Assembly (NCBI GenBank): GCA_003344405.1
Contig: NOWV01000031.1
Span: forward strand, 62,001-126,000
Source of the DNA: Trichoplax sp. H2
Taxonomy: Eukaryota
Reading direction: 5' to 3'
Length of the DNA stretch: 64,000 nucleotides
The notes under the pieces were generated by a model. It saw only the letters and a program-made list of their open reading frames with translations. It was not told where the DNA came from and ran no database searches. A program made the position numbers and the translations under genes. The first letter of the stretch is position 1, and each line of letters starts with the position of its first letter. Below are positions 13,892 to 29,065 of this stretch, one piece after another.

Positions 13892-16800
13892 GACACTTTG
13901 ATATCAAGATGCGATCTATCAGAAATATCCTACAATTATGTGACGGTCCGTCATGCAATATTGGACAATAAACTGTATCGCAACTATAGCAATCGGTGGC
14001 TATATAATCACTTCCAGGTGATTTTATAATCCGTTGAGATGGTAGTAAAGATTATCGCTACAAAATCTCGTCCATTTGTGTAGTAACAAAGCCATTGCAT
14101 TGCATTAAAGGTATTTTTATCATTGTTTCATGGCATTAGTATAACAATAATATATAAAAGTCCCTAAGGTCTAATGAAAAAAGAACAAGTAGTTACGCGC
14201 AGTTCTTGAATTGTAAAGACAAGCTTTTATATTCTATTACAATGGTCGTCAGATCAATTTTTCACGGTGTTTGTCACTTAATACCGTTAAGATGCCATAG
14301 TAACTATAACGTTAATCAACCTCGAAATCTTAGCTTGATAATTTTATTAAAGGTCAGCATGATCGACTTTAAAGCTGAAAGTAATATAAACACAGTACCT
14401 CAAGTTGATTTTGATTTACTAGTCGACACCTTCTTTAATGATAAAAGTCGTGTTTGTATGTTTAGGCATGCCACCTATAGTAATTAACAAATATTATCAG
14501 CGTTTCAGTCAGCTGAGTCATTGAGTAATGTAAGAAGCAAAGCAAAGGAAGAACTGAAATGCTTTAGCGTAATGATTCCTTATGGTCATGGCTACTTCTT
14601 AATATTTTTTAAATAACTCTCTTGATGAAATTTGTAGTAACAACTGTACACTGTTGATTATAAGAACCAGAAGCTTTGAAGAATATGTCTCAAAATTGTA
14701 CAATGCAATAATAAAATCTACTGCACTGTATGAATAAAAGTATTGACACTGACAAGCTGCTACAAGTTAAGAATGCTAAGGAGCATCCTTCTTTAAAATT
14801 ATTGTTGCAACATTATCACCTATGAGTAGTGATTTATTTGTAAGATTAAACGTGGTATAATGATATTTTTGAAAGCTATCAGCATTTTTCAATGATTCTA
14901 ATTGAAGCCAAATATGCTAGGCATAATAATTTACTAGTCATGTCAAGAAAGCTTATTTTATGACCATACAAGCTAATTTATGAATCATTTATGCGGCATG
15001 TTTTAGAATTAATACTAATTTAATAGTAAAGTTGACAGCAAGGTTGCATAAAAATCATATTTAATTCTACAATCTTACCTTCTGTATACCGTATATTTTA
15101 TCTATAAAGCTGCTGTAGTGATTTCAGTAAGTTGTAATCTTACATTATATAGCTAATAGTAATAGCTGGAGACTATTACTCGGTCATTGCAGCTGCAAAT
15201 ACGGCTAATTTCTGCCTAATATTTTAATATTTATAATAGAGCTAGTAGGATACCTTACTATGGAGAGTAAAATAAATTATTGATCGATATAAGGAGTTGC
15301 TAAGCCATCAATTTTATGTAATAAAATGTTAGCTATTACTTCTAGAAGTGATGCTACTATCGACAGGAATAGTAGCGGAAAATAGAGATTTATTACCAGC
15401 ATTAAGCCACGGATATGAACGTAGATTTATAAAACCGAGATTGTCGAATCTTGATTACCAGAATATAAATTTCTTTTTTTTGTATCTGATTTCTTTAATA
15501 AGAAGTATTCCTTCTCTATTTTCTTCTGTATTGTGGAAGCAATCAGTAACCAACAACAATTTTCTTAGTTCAAAACGATTTCCGTTTCATCGGTGACTAT
15601 CGTGATTATATCTGTCTTTGCTTAGTTGAATGTCGATGGTCTTTCCATAGATTCCTAAATAATTACTATATGGTACGATAGCAACCCTATGCAGTGAATA
15701 ATGGAATATAGGAAGCGAGTGTATTCATCGTATGTCGATATCGACACATAAACCATAACGATAATACTTCACAGACGGAGTAACTTAGGTTATATAGCTG
15801 CCAAGTTTCTTTTTTTTCCTTGCCATTCAGTACAAATAATGTCTTCAATCACCTTAATTGATCCTCTTAATAGTCTAGCATAAACGATACAACTCAAAAT
15901 TGAGAATTAGTAATTTTAAGACTGTAATTAGTAGCATGCTTGAACTAGATAATATTAGTAATACGATAATAAATAATAATATTTAACAATTAGTAATAGA
16001 GTAATAAATACCGTAGTAAGTGCCGTAATAAATAGTAATAAAATTAGCATATTACCAATACGAATATATTTGATTAGTTTGATTAGTATAATGAGTTATA
16101 TGTTGGATCATTTTGATCAATTCGATTTTTATAATCTGTTATGAACAATTGATAATATACCAATATAGATTAAGCACCAATTCAATTAAATATAATTTAA
16201 GCCTAAATCCCCGCCCAAAAACAAGAAGCAATTCAAACGAATACGTTTGCAGTAGGTTGATTCGGTTGCTGTTTTAATCTATACACCTCAAGATAGGATT
16301 GCAAGATATTTATTATATTATAGTACATTATCTGATATCATAAGAGATGGTAGCGAGCTGCTTTAATAGATGAAAATGATAACCTAACAAATACTAGAGT
16401 TCTAATATCATTAGCTAAAGTAGAGTTAACCATATTTTTTATCTACTGGTACAGCCATGCTTTGATTAATGGTATCTTAAATAATTATCATCAATTCTTT
16501 GGATATAACCTCATTATATTATGGCTAAATTGGAGAAAATACCTTCGCACTAATAATCAGATATCTATCCTTAAGTTGATTACTCATCTTTCTCAGCATC
16601 AAAGCATAAGGTAATACAAGCTACTTTGCCGCTTTCGGAAGTCTTTATCAAAAATTAATGCTTGATCACAAATACTAACGATTGAAAACACGAAAGACGA
16701 TCCCATCATGTGAATATTCACATAGATTTTCTAATAGATTGTATAATTTATGAGTACCATGGTCATCATAATCAGTATCAAATTATTTTAGTTTAGATAG

Positions 16801-17028
16801 ACTTAAAATAAATAGGTGCAGGTCAGTACATGGAAATTTGATTAAAGCACTCCATAGAAATATTGCAAGTTGTTTATGTGCGATAGCAAACATGTGGCGA
16901 TCCAGTTTTTCTTATCAGTTTATCATCCATTAGCATTAATATTAACATTAGGAGCATATTAAAAAGAACAACAAAAAAATATTTGCTACCAGGCTAAGGA
17001 ATAGAAACTAGGCAAATTATAATTTGAT

Positions 17029-20000
17029 CTATCGGAGACTTGATTTTCTTGGTATTTGGCTTGATCGTGGAGTTGCTGCCTTGATGCTGGGTTTGCTTCC
17101 CGGAGAGCTTAAATCTTGATCTGAAACGGCATTCCCTTTAAGACTTGGTAGTTCCAGCCCCGGTAAAAAATTTTGTTTTATAGCTTGAGAATCATTTATA
17201 GACTCTGATGAGACTAAAAAGGAATATTATACGAAAATCATGAATAAAGCGGTTATGTAATCACTTTGATCTAATTATACCGTAGATTTTTACAATTCAA
17301 GAAATAACTTTCACATAAAGTCTTAGATCGCTATATGTTTATAAAATGCTTGTATAAGCAATGTCTAACATGGTTAAACTCATAACAAGAATAGAAACAA
17401 TTAGATTTCAAGAATTACTTTAAAAGTTAGATCGATATTACCTTCCAGGTCATTAAAGGATCTTGATTTAGATATAGTTCCAATCCTGAATAAGTCCGAA
17501 TTTCGATTAGGAGTAGGTTGAAAGATTTCACTTGCACCTGCATGCTTTTGTCCATTTCTAGCGTGCTTCTCTAATACTGTAAATGGTCCTGTGGATGAGC
17601 TGGTCCTTCTTCTCATCAATCTTTCATTATCGTTCATAACATGACCTTTAGGTATATCCCTAATTGGCTTATACTTCAAGGTCAATCTGCTAAGGAAAAA
17701 TTATCTGTTAATATATCTATGTCACAATTGAATTGAAGCTGATTTATTTATCGAAAAGCAGCATATCCTATTAACCCACTTTACATTGCCTAATTCTGTG
17801 ATATTTTAGTATGTTACTTTAGATTTGTAAAGTACACTACTGGGAGATTTATTACCGTACTTTAAATAGCAGCCGGTTATAAGCTTGCTATTAGCAGTAA
17901 ATTACTCAGGAAGAAAAACCGATTAATTAAGTAGTAAGAGACTATTTAAGATTCGGCCTTGAGTATTCTTCAAAAATAAAAAAATTGGCTATTACCACTC
18001 TTCCGGAATAATCACTGCTTGTATCAGGTAGAGTTGGAATGGATTTAAATTATAATAGATTAAAAAATCATACTTTTTCCGAGGTCGAACTTCAATTGCA
18101 CTTTCTAAAATCGATTGATATTCTTCAGATTCTATGAAGCGCCGGTAACTATTCCTCTCCATGAGGTAATAAATTTTTTTCTGTATATCAATCAATATCC
18201 ACTTGTTTGGATCATAGAGTGATTTATCAATATTTCTAATATAGCTAGCATCAATATTAATTTGCTGTGGAGATGATGGAGTTAAATATCGCCTTTGCAA
18301 TAAAATGTAATAGAATCATCATTATTAATTTAAAGTGGATTCACTACCAAGCATTCATTTTTTTTATTAAACCTCAAGGAATGTAGCAGCAACTATCTAC
18401 CAGTACTTAATACGTCAATATAATCATATTAAACAAATAAGCCGAAATATGAAGTAACGAACCCGTAAATATCATGAACAACACTAGGCACTAGTGCCAT
18501 TGGCGTATGGTGTATTAAATTTTCACAATCTAGCCAGAAGCTGTTTAAGAAAAATGCAGAAAGAGTTAGTTGTTACTTGTTATAGTTTGCCGTATAATAT
18601 CATTCTTTAAGCCTGCAAAATCATAAAATTTACAGAGAATATTACATAGCCATTCACAAAGAGTCAAATGAATTCAGACTTGACATTTAAGTTGACATGA
18701 TGCTTAACTAAACACGATACATCTATGTATAAAATGTGATGGTTATAACAATAAAAATATTAAGGTTTCAGACCAATACTATCTGAGCGTATCGAGAGGG
18801 GTAGCTCCTAGTTACTATAAAAAATCTTATCAAGAACACTACAACGATCAACGTTATATCAGAGACCTGTTAAGTTATATATTCTACCTATCAGTTCAAT
18901 TATTAAAAAGGAAAATTTTATACAGCAAACTCATAGTCAGTAATTTATTTATAATGACTAATATTATATGTCTTACTTTATATTTTCTTCGCTGTGTTCA
19001 TTGCTAGCAAATTCAATAAAATTGGTCACTCCAATGTCATCTCGTAGCAAATCTGCTAATGATACTGCCCATAATAAAACTCGACGTTTATGCAAAACTG
19101 TGGCACTATCAATAAATTGTATAGGAAAAAAATTTATTACCTAATGATGATAGCTCATAAATCATGCTAAATTTAGAATGAGGTGTTAACATAATCACTA
19201 AAGTGATTTAGTTTACTTGCAGTTATGGATTCGATAGCATGTAACAATATCATCAATTTCCTATTTTAATTTTATGTAGGTAAAATACTACAGCATATAT
19301 TTTATATTAAATTGAATTACTTGACTGAATTTAGGTTCCATTCTGTAATTTTATCAGTAATCCAAGGATTACTAGTTCTAGTAGTCGGTAGGAATGGATC
19401 GTAGTCTTTATATTTTTCACAATTGTTGATAACGCTATCGATAAAGGGAAATACAAAAAGTTACAATCTAGATCTATTTACTTCAAATGGGAGACATATA
19501 ATAAATACGCAGACTTATTCGTAAATTGAGATAATAATATCTCTTAAGTCTGTATGTAAGGCGTTACTTGGTATCTAATCAGAATTGTGGTATTATGATA
19601 TATTATATATCTGATTATAATACGACTAGCAGCATAGAATCTGTCACTAATTAAGTATAAAATATTTTACATTCTTACTGCATCTCTCGAGCGGTAAGTA
19701 TAGTCATTAATATAGATAATGCAGGCTGTAATAAGATAAACTACTGTAAAAGAAATAATAACACACCATGACTGCTACAATGAATGCTAAAATGAATTAC
19801 CTAAAGTAATTTTATTATGAGGTAATAAGTAAAAAAATTGTTTACCTTTCTACACCTTTTGAAACTTTCATAGCACAACCTTCAATCATTTTTCGCAAGG
19901 CTTCCGCCTGTTTACAAAATATCAATTATAATTAGAGGCTATGATGATGGTTTTAAGTACTGTTGAAACGTATTATGTAATCGTAATTGCAATCAATTTA

Positions 20001-23000
20001 GTGCAGGAATAAGTACAATGCTGCGATAGGCTTCAGAACGAACATTGTACGATAAGAAAGTACTGGAATAGTGAGAGTTAATGTTAATAAAGCAAAGAGT
20101 GTTTACCTCACTGATTAAGGTCCGTTTAGAGTCTTTTGGCTGTAACCGCAAGAGAAGAATTGGCGATAGGGACAACATCACTTCCAATTTATTCATTTTG
20201 CTAACTTAATAAAGATTGCTGTTATTATTTTTTACCAACCGTGGAATTTAATCTTCTAAAACCGGCTTCTGACATATTCGCATCATAAGACTAAAACATG
20301 TAAGGGGAAAAAAGCAATAAATAATTACTTATCCTTCGATAGTTGTATCGACTAGAAATTAGCTTATGTAACGATAATTATATAATGATTAGGAACGGTT
20401 TAGCTTAGCCAACAGATTACCGGAGGCTGACGAACTCTCCAAAAACATCTTTGCTCGCTATAACTTAAAGACCTTTCAGCTTTATTGCGCAATTTGTCCT
20501 TTCTATTTGTAACCATGAGAGAATTAGAGTAAACTCAAGGAATGAAAACAGATATAAACATGATAACTAAAAAACAGCTGCATTAATTTAACAAGCCTTT
20601 CTTCTTCTTTTGCCTTTAAAATAACAGAATTCCAATTATATTCTAGTTGACTTTGTAGTTTTACCAATGCAGCCTTGAGTGAGTAGTTTAAAGTGATTGG
20701 AATAGTAACAAAGATTAGAAATAGATTATACCCTATTTAGAAAAGCAGCTTAATTTTAAACAAAGATGTTGAATTGCTAAATTGTATCTTTGCCAAGGCG
20801 AAGGTTGAGTCAGAGAGATTGTACCATTGAGTAACTATTGTACAATAGTCGTAACATGATTTTATATATAACTTATCTAGAAATTCACTGATGATGGTGT
20901 CTTTGATATTTTACATAATATTAGTAGGTAAATTCATACATTTATAATATTATTTAAATATTAATAACTAATATTTACATAGCAATAAAACATAAAATTA
21001 GTAGACTTGAATTAAAAGCTTTAGTTCAGCTTTGCAGAAGAGATGCACTCAGATATTCTGTTGTAAACTTGTGACAACTTAAAGTCGTGAATATTTAGAA
21101 TCATACTGTAGGTAGATGTCAAGAAAGACTAAACGTACGGCAAGCTCATAAAATTTAATTCACTAGCTGTACTTTGATTTCTTCTCGACAAATTTTAACT
21201 TGCAACAGATGGGCTAAAGATTTTGAATTATACCGTTGTAGTAACTTATTCCTAATTATATAAATCATAGTTCACCGATTCATGATTGGATATCCGTTCA
21301 TGCTTCTGTTTCTTAAGCAGATAAATAGCTAGAAATTAAATCCACAAGCCAACGGACTAAATTTTAGTATTAACATTTAATTCAAACTATAACTCATAAC
21401 AGCTATCAAAAGTCAAGGAATGGCGGTTATTAACAGTTCATGGCCAAAATAATAAACCAAATATTAGTTAAGAGTACCCTACTATACAATATCTTACCGT
21501 AATCAGACAGGTCAATTGTAGGAGTTCTGGTAAACCACAAATTAGATGCCTGTTGAATATAATCTAAGTTTAATCAATACAATATAAAGATATGCCGGTA
21601 TTTACAATAAGTAATTACTACAATTTTCCTCTATTAAAAAATTTCGTTTAGTTTACGGTATCAAATATCAGTCAAGAATTGCAAATGTCAATCCTATCAA
21701 ATACTATTTAGGCTGTTACCACGATGATTTTGTAAATTAGGTTAAGTTTGCTTAAAGGATATCATATACCTGAAATCGATAGAACGTATTATCATACTTG
21801 ATTGCAAATGGTTGTCTGGTTTCATGAGCTGGGTATATGTACCCGTAGCGAGCAAACATGCTAGCGAGATGAACAGCTTCTACTGAAATGGATCAATAAT
21901 ATAAAGATGCAACAGAAATTGAATATTCATCGAAATATAATAAGTCTAATGGATGCAGTATCTCGTAGTGATTAAAATCTTATTAACGTAATTAATAAAA
22001 TTGTATTATTGATTTAATTTAATTCTGAAATTTATGAAGTTTAAATAGCTTAAAGCTATGAAAGTTTCATTGCTGGTTTTCATCCGTATAAGTCTGACTA
22101 CATACTTGCGGAAACTTATACTTCCTTTAAAAAAGTTATCTACGATTACTTGAGTTAAAAATTACTGGCTTCATAAATATAGCAGATGAAAATCTGTACG
22201 GAGATATTGCAATCAGGTAAAATGTTTCAAAACGTACAGGATAACTAAAAGTATGATCAATAATGTAATTTATCTCGGCCTCTTGTAGCATTAATACGTA
22301 TTTGATTATTAAAAATGTTGAGTTAAAAAATTTGCAAATTATTTCGATTCTTAATCAACGATAAATACATCAGTCTAAATTTTCATCATAACATAATTTG
22401 CAAATATGCCATAACACTATACGCTTACAATGTCCAACTACTAGATAAGACGAAAAAGTAGAAGATTCTAGGAATGATGGATGATATACGTACTTTTATA
22501 TTTCGTATAAAGTAATATTGAAGAAAAACAATGTATAAAGTATGGTCAACTGGGATATATGAACACTATGCTATCATTCTTAATAATTAGCTAGTATACA
22601 ACTCAGCGTGGATTTTCATTGCTGACGTATCACTTATCGATAGACAGTTAATATTTTGCAATAAAAAAGCCAGTTCCTATTAATTAATTATCAGATATCT
22701 AAAATAGACCTGTTTCCTTGAGATCAAGTCGTTTGATTAGCCAATTGATTAGTTCGGTACCTATTTATATAAATATTACTGTTATTAGAAGATGGACCAG
22801 TTATAATCGACTTGGTATTAATGACTTCATTTATTCCGTGCGTATCACAATCGATATTTTTGGGTTTCTAAATGATTACTTGTACCGAATTCGGTATACC
22901 TGTAAAGACACTTGGTATACTGGCAAGGAATAGTTTACGTGTTTTGACGGCTAGACCAGTCACCGGATTTTGCATATCCTGAATTAATTTTTCTATCTAT

Positions 23001-24158
23001 CTCCGTCAAGGAAAATAAATCGACCATTTCGAAAGATTAAAATACTAGCTCCTCAAAATTTGCTAATCATCAATAATTTGCCGATACATTTATATTATGA
23101 ACTGTGAAAAGTCATAATGTAAGGCTCCTATAACCTAGGCATAGCATACGACAACACCCCTTAAAATTGCTAAACGTGTATTTGAGGACGAATATATAAT
23201 GCCTTAGTTATATTGAAATAATTCGCTTCCATACAAGTTGAATAGTTTTACGAGTAAAACTTTTGAATTAGCAACAATATAAAGGCTGAAACAGTAGGTA
23301 GTAGTTCCAACGTGCACCTTTAACAAATCAATTTCAGAAGGTACCAAAAATTAATCATATCTGTCAAACTAATTTCTCTCGCATGATAAATTAATAGACA
23401 ATATCTTTACTGTATAGTAATTTACAGCTGCATGTAAGGGATTAGTAATGATGTAAGCGACAATTATAAGATATGATTATTTCTATACATATCCTTACTA
23501 AAATTAATTTAAAGTCATAGATCGGCTGTAATGATACTTAAAGTACTTTCAGTGAATTCAACTCGTTCAAGAATATTTTCTTTAAAATTTTGTATTGAGA
23601 AGTTTCAACAATATGATGGCTTTCCATATACAGTAAGAAGTATGTCTTGAAAGGTGTAACTTTAAAATACCCATGAGCTAATATGGCAGAGTTATTATGA
23701 CTTGAATACGAAAGATATTGAGGAATAGATTTTATGTGAACTAAATAATCCGGTACTACATTATTCATTGACTTAAATATTAACCAAGATAATATCTAGT
23801 AGAGATTTTGAATTTTTTCGGTGATATTAGAAGGAATACTAATTGAAGAGTAACACAGTCAAACATTGAAAAAACTTGCTGAAGTTAAAACTTCATATCG
23901 TCAAACCTTTTTCCTAATAACTTGAAATTTTATGCTTATCTATTAATATTCTTAATCATATTTTATTAGGATCAGCTTCGTAAAGCTGATAGAAAGGAAA
24001 TAAATTAATATCAAATAATTTTCTAATCAATATCGGTGGGATTTCGGGATATAAATATGATGCAGTGCCTATTCTTACGAGCTAAAGTAAAATGCTTTTA
24101 CTGGACTCAAACTAACCTTTCCACATAGAATTTCTTGCCTTGAAATATCGGTATCCAT
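17029..24158 (-). CDS. RGS7: R7-family regulator of G-protein signalling (DEP-DHEX-GGL-RGS), 17 exons, ~560 aa
   Basis: Exons 24158-24117, 22996-22900, 22760-22710, 21882-21770, 21549-21498, 21328-21276, 20673-20597, 20502-20421, 20290-20240, 20139-20107, 19907-19846, 19434-19321, 19105-18977, 18540-18463, 18292-18074, 17686-17442, 17213-17029 give an open frame of 1683 nt. DEP: IPSVFTGTELINWL...FYRFQ. GGL: DYDPFL...SNPWITD. RGS box: EHSEENINFW, QINID, LMERNSYRRF. The symbol indicates the R7 family (RGS6/7/9/11); orthology is not resolved and the first coding exon is the least certain. Confidence 0.9.
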
Positions 24159-27100
24159 GGCTGATTGAATTGTAATCTATCTACTGAATGTTTCACTTCT
24201 TACAAATAATAGTGATATCGAGAAATAGTATCTTAGACTTTCATGGAACTCAAGATAATAATTTATTTTTTACAGCATCTGTGAAACGTTAACATGGGTC
24301 CTACATACAAAATATTAAGCAAGATTAATAAACGTAAATTTAAACAATGATATGGAAAACTATGTACACAATTTACTGGAAATACTAACCCTTAATTATA
24401 AATTAGGCAGCCATCTTTGAATTTATTAAAAATCTGATTTCAAACCTTAAATTGATCGAGGATTCCATAAGAACGTTTCAATTAGAATTTAAATGGAAAT
24501 GGTATCAGACTGATATCCGTTCATGCTAAGAATATCGATAGGTAGCTAGATGAATTAGAGTTTTCCTACTTTCGACGATCAAATATTAAGGAATTCTATA
24601 TAATCTTGGAAATGGTTCACATTTAAACAGATATAGAATTATAATATGGATTGAATCGATCTTTTGAAGCCTAGCTATCACTTAAATATAGAAATATAAA
24701 ATATTCTGTACAAAGTAAGAACGTCAATACGAATAGTCAAATTTTTTGTTGGAGTTGCTTTCATATCTATATCCATCTGTTATTAATTATCCAGATGGTG
24801 GTTGGTTATAGTTTTTCTCTTCTAATCCATAATTATAGCTCAGTGATAGACTTGCAATTTAGCTTAGCCCTATCAAAATTCATATTCTGATGACGATAAT
24901 CTATTCTTCAATGCCATATTTACTCTTCTTTTCTTCTGTACATTGACGTCAATTGTCAGAGTGCAATATGTTGATGATTATTTACCATTTACAATTATAT
25001 CAATACCTTATTAGAACTTTTTGATTTCGAGCCAATCACTCGTAACGCAATTAAAATTAAAAGCTGCTATTGGAACAACAGTTATTAAATAGTCGCAAAC
25101 AATTAGCGCTTTGATGTTGAATAAGACTTGAACCATGCCTATTCCTATCTCACCTTCTGCATCAATTACGAGTAAGAATACTGGTCTTTTTTCTCTAAAT
25201 GTAGCTTCTCGTTGTTAGCCTACAGCCATTTTAAACTAGCCGGATTGAAATTCTAACACCTATTTAAATATAATTATATGCACTGGTAATATAGCATCCT
25301 ATTCTAGACCAATGTAATGAAAAGAAATTAAAATATGTTAAAATCACATATAAATAAGAACAAATCATTTGAGCAGAGAGAAGATGAAAAGATTTATTGT
25401 ATGATCAGATAAAATACACAATTAGCTATCAGAATGATCGAATTTATGTATTACTTTTTTTTTTACTTGGATATCACTGTCTATACAACAGTAGTTGCTA
25501 TAACGTTAGCTATAAATTTTAAACTAAGAGTTACAGTATCTAGAAACGTTAATAAAAGTAGGAATGGATATGCTGTAGGATAATAATATAAGCAAATCCG
25601 TTATAAATAAACGATCAAAAATTGACAAAAAATGATACTGATAATGATTCAGCAGACAGCTTTAGATAAATGTAATTCTAATTCTTTACTACGGACTCAT
25701 ACTAGTAGTCGGGCTATCACGAGTTCAATTCATAAATATTTTTATTGTACCGAATCTACTTGACATATAAAGTACTTGCATAAATTACAAGAAATAAAAG
25801 CATTTTATTTCTAGCTTTCCATAATTCATACGATGACGGTCGGAAGTTTTCCACGATGAGCTGATAAAGATGAATTGAGCTACATGGGAAGAAGTGTGAT
25901 ATAAGTATAGCAAGGTAGAGCTGTCATTCATCGTTAGCTGACTAACAGTGTCGTGATATGGTCATAAAATAATTTATAATTGTAGAATATAAAATTATTA
26001 TAACAAAGGCTCCATAATTATAATCATAAAAGTTATGATTCAGGATTGTATTCATTGATCATTAAATTAGTACCTTCTCTAGAAATTTGGATTCTGTATA
26101 ATCTAATTCAGAAGCCTGTTTAACACTTCTAATTCTACAAGAGATATTAGCGCTTTTAATTGTTTAGAATGTACTTTTTGCCTTGTCTACATTTGGAGAT
26201 CACGCGACTACGAATATTCTAGAAGATTTAAATTACAAATTAATACGTGATGAAATTATATTAAAAACGGTTACTCGGACTGCAGCATTATTCTTTCAAG
26301 GTCCAGATTCGATTTAGAGAGACTAGGAGACCTGTCTCAAGTTCTTCTACTGTAGTAGAAGACAATTACATGAATACTACAATTTTTATAGTTATCACAG
26401 TATGGTCAAATTTAGCGAATTCAGCATTTATACTGGTATAAGCTGATCACAATTAATTACTTACAGTAGGAATTATCGTAATTATAATTTATTACAGTAA
26501 CTATAAGGTGCACTGCAATAAATAATTATTCTCATATATAATTGAAATTAATTGATCCTAGTAATGCTTTTTGTGATTTTAATCCTGATGATAGCGCATA
26601 GAATTACTCAATAGATATCTATGAGTATCAGTATTTCTATAATAATTTGGCCATAAAGTAAGACTAAACTATTAGAATCTTAAGATAATTCAGCAATATT
26701 AGTAGCTGTCTAAGAGTATATAAGCTCAGCAAATTACCCAATAAAATCAGTTCTCTAGTTTACCTATCATAAAAGTTATAAGCGAACAAATTACTGTAAA
26801 TTTGTAGAAATGGACTTTTTATGTTATATTGTCGTAAAGCTTAGCAAGGGCTTAAGTGTACAAATTACTGTAAATTTGTAGATGTTAAGCTTATTATTAT
26901 GTAATTTTGTCACATAGCTAGTTTGTGACAATAACGTATTACAACTACCATCAATCATTGACAATACATATCAACTATGGCCCAACTATAGACTACAGTA
27001 CGTGAAATATTCAGAAGTTTGTTAAGTATACCAAATCACATTTGCTCTTGCCCTTTACTATCACCACATAACCTGTAACGATTGCCTGGAATATTAGAAA

Positions 27101-27244
27101 GGCGTTGCTGATCCATGTGTGCCTACTCGTCTATATAAATAAGCAACATTGCCAGTCTCTGCCCACACTATCATCGTTAACATTAGAGAAGATTCATATA
27201 GTACTTCAAAGTTTACCAATAAATCATAGTTAAGCGACAACAAA

Positions 27245-27811
27245 ATGGTTAAATAATACGTAACACTTGTTGGCGTGCCAATCAAAGAATTAGAGAAAGG
27301 AAATCATCCACATGTATACGTATACCTTAAAGTTGAAGGATCAGAGTGTTATAAGGCGGCACTTAATGTGAAAGACTATAGTGGCAAAAATATTATGTAC
27401 GTTTGGAAGGAAGATTTACAGGCTAAATTTTTGAATCATTTAAAATCATTGTCTATAGGTGTATATAATTTCAGCTGCACTGCAAAGTCTGCAGCTATTG
27501 ACTATGTTCAAGGAGGATTTATTATTCAAGATTATTTTAGCGAAAAAACTGCTGAAGAATTGACACACATTTTAAGTACAACTGTAGATGATATGGTACG
27601 CGTATGTGCCCGAAATTCTGAGTCTAAGAATTTTTGTGTGGGATCAATGTTTAATCAAGGAATACACGATATCTATATGAATCAAGGGGAAAGAAAGTAC
27701 GAATGCATACGAGGATGTGGCCTTAATTTTCTATGATGGCATTGAAGACCAACATAGCGGTGCATTCTTTTCTTTCAAGAAGAATCTTCAGCCTGTGACA
27801 CTCAAGAATAG
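27245..27811 (+). pseudogene. DUF2278/YukJ-like gene, copy 1 (disrupted)
   Basis: Paralogue of 32908-33528 (GNHPHVY, AIDYVQGG, GIHDIYMNQGE). ATG GTT AAA TAA at 27245 places an in-frame stop at codon 4. Two frameshifts follow near 27700 and 27772 relative to the intact copy. TATATAA at 27132-27138. Confidence 0.8.
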
Positions 27812-29065
27812 CTTGTGGTGATAAATGGGCGATCTCAACAAAGTTCCCAATTACTACCTCTTAGAGATGAAGCATTTAGAGAAGATTTTCTAGAAATCGA
27901 TACTTTGCAGAGAAGTATAGTAATAGTTTAAGCAATTTTAGCTACTCAAACTACTAAATACTGTGTAGGAAGTCGTTATTCCATAGTAAAAAGTTTCAAT
28001 TAAGTGGTTCCAAAATTGAGTTTGTAACATAAAATTAATTAATCAGGCTAGGTGCTATATTCTACAAAAGTCAGTTAATACTCGTTACCAACACCATTGT
28101 TTCAAATGGATAAAAGTATTAATTAAAAAGGCACTTTTAGATAGATAAACCATTGCTAGTGATCATATAACAATGTGTTTTTCAAAAAATTAATTAGAAT
28201 TTATAAGGTTAGCTTATGAAGAATTTTAGCTTTGCTAAGTTGCCTTGCTATCACGCTTTGTGATTCAATAAGTTTGATAGCGACGTAATAGTAATTTTTT
28301 AGCCATTCCTGACATGGAAAGAAGAAACAGAACCAATGCAATCAGAAAACTATAGACACAATAGATAGACCATTAATGATATTGTTGATACAGAAATGAT
28401 GCATCATTGAAGGTGACGATGGTAATCATTTCGCTAAGTAAAGGATGCAATCGATTAATTCTATGAATTTCGTATAGGATATTTTAAAACTGACGGTCAA
28501 TATAGCAAAAGGATTCAATAGATTCATATCTCTATATGGCTATTTCTTTACGACAGTGTTTGCATAACAATGGAAATATCAATCAATAATTATAGTGACT
28601 ACTTTCGAATTGGTTATTGAATTTCTACGTTGTTTTCGAAAAATTAAATCACGAAGATACACATTTCACTTTTTACTTCAGCGTATATCATGTTTATAGA
28701 ATTCAAGTCTTAACGTAGATATTAAGCTACTCGAAGAGCATTCAAAAATCATTCATACGATGAAAGAAAAGGGAGTTTTAGATATGACGGCTATAGAATC
28801 AAAGCCAAAAGGATATAACTACAAAGAAATTACTTTAAGTAATGGTATAAGATAGAATAAACGACATGACGATATTGTAACGTAACTTTTTATTATTTTT
28901 TAGCTGGGCAACGTCGCGTAGTTATTGCTAATTGATTAATAAAAGTATCATCTTGAATTAGATGAATTTTTTTAGCTACTAATAGCCAAATCTGTATTCT
29001 GGATGACTACCAATAGAAAATTGCTATTCATATTACACTTCTAATTCCATCGATTTCTCCATCAA

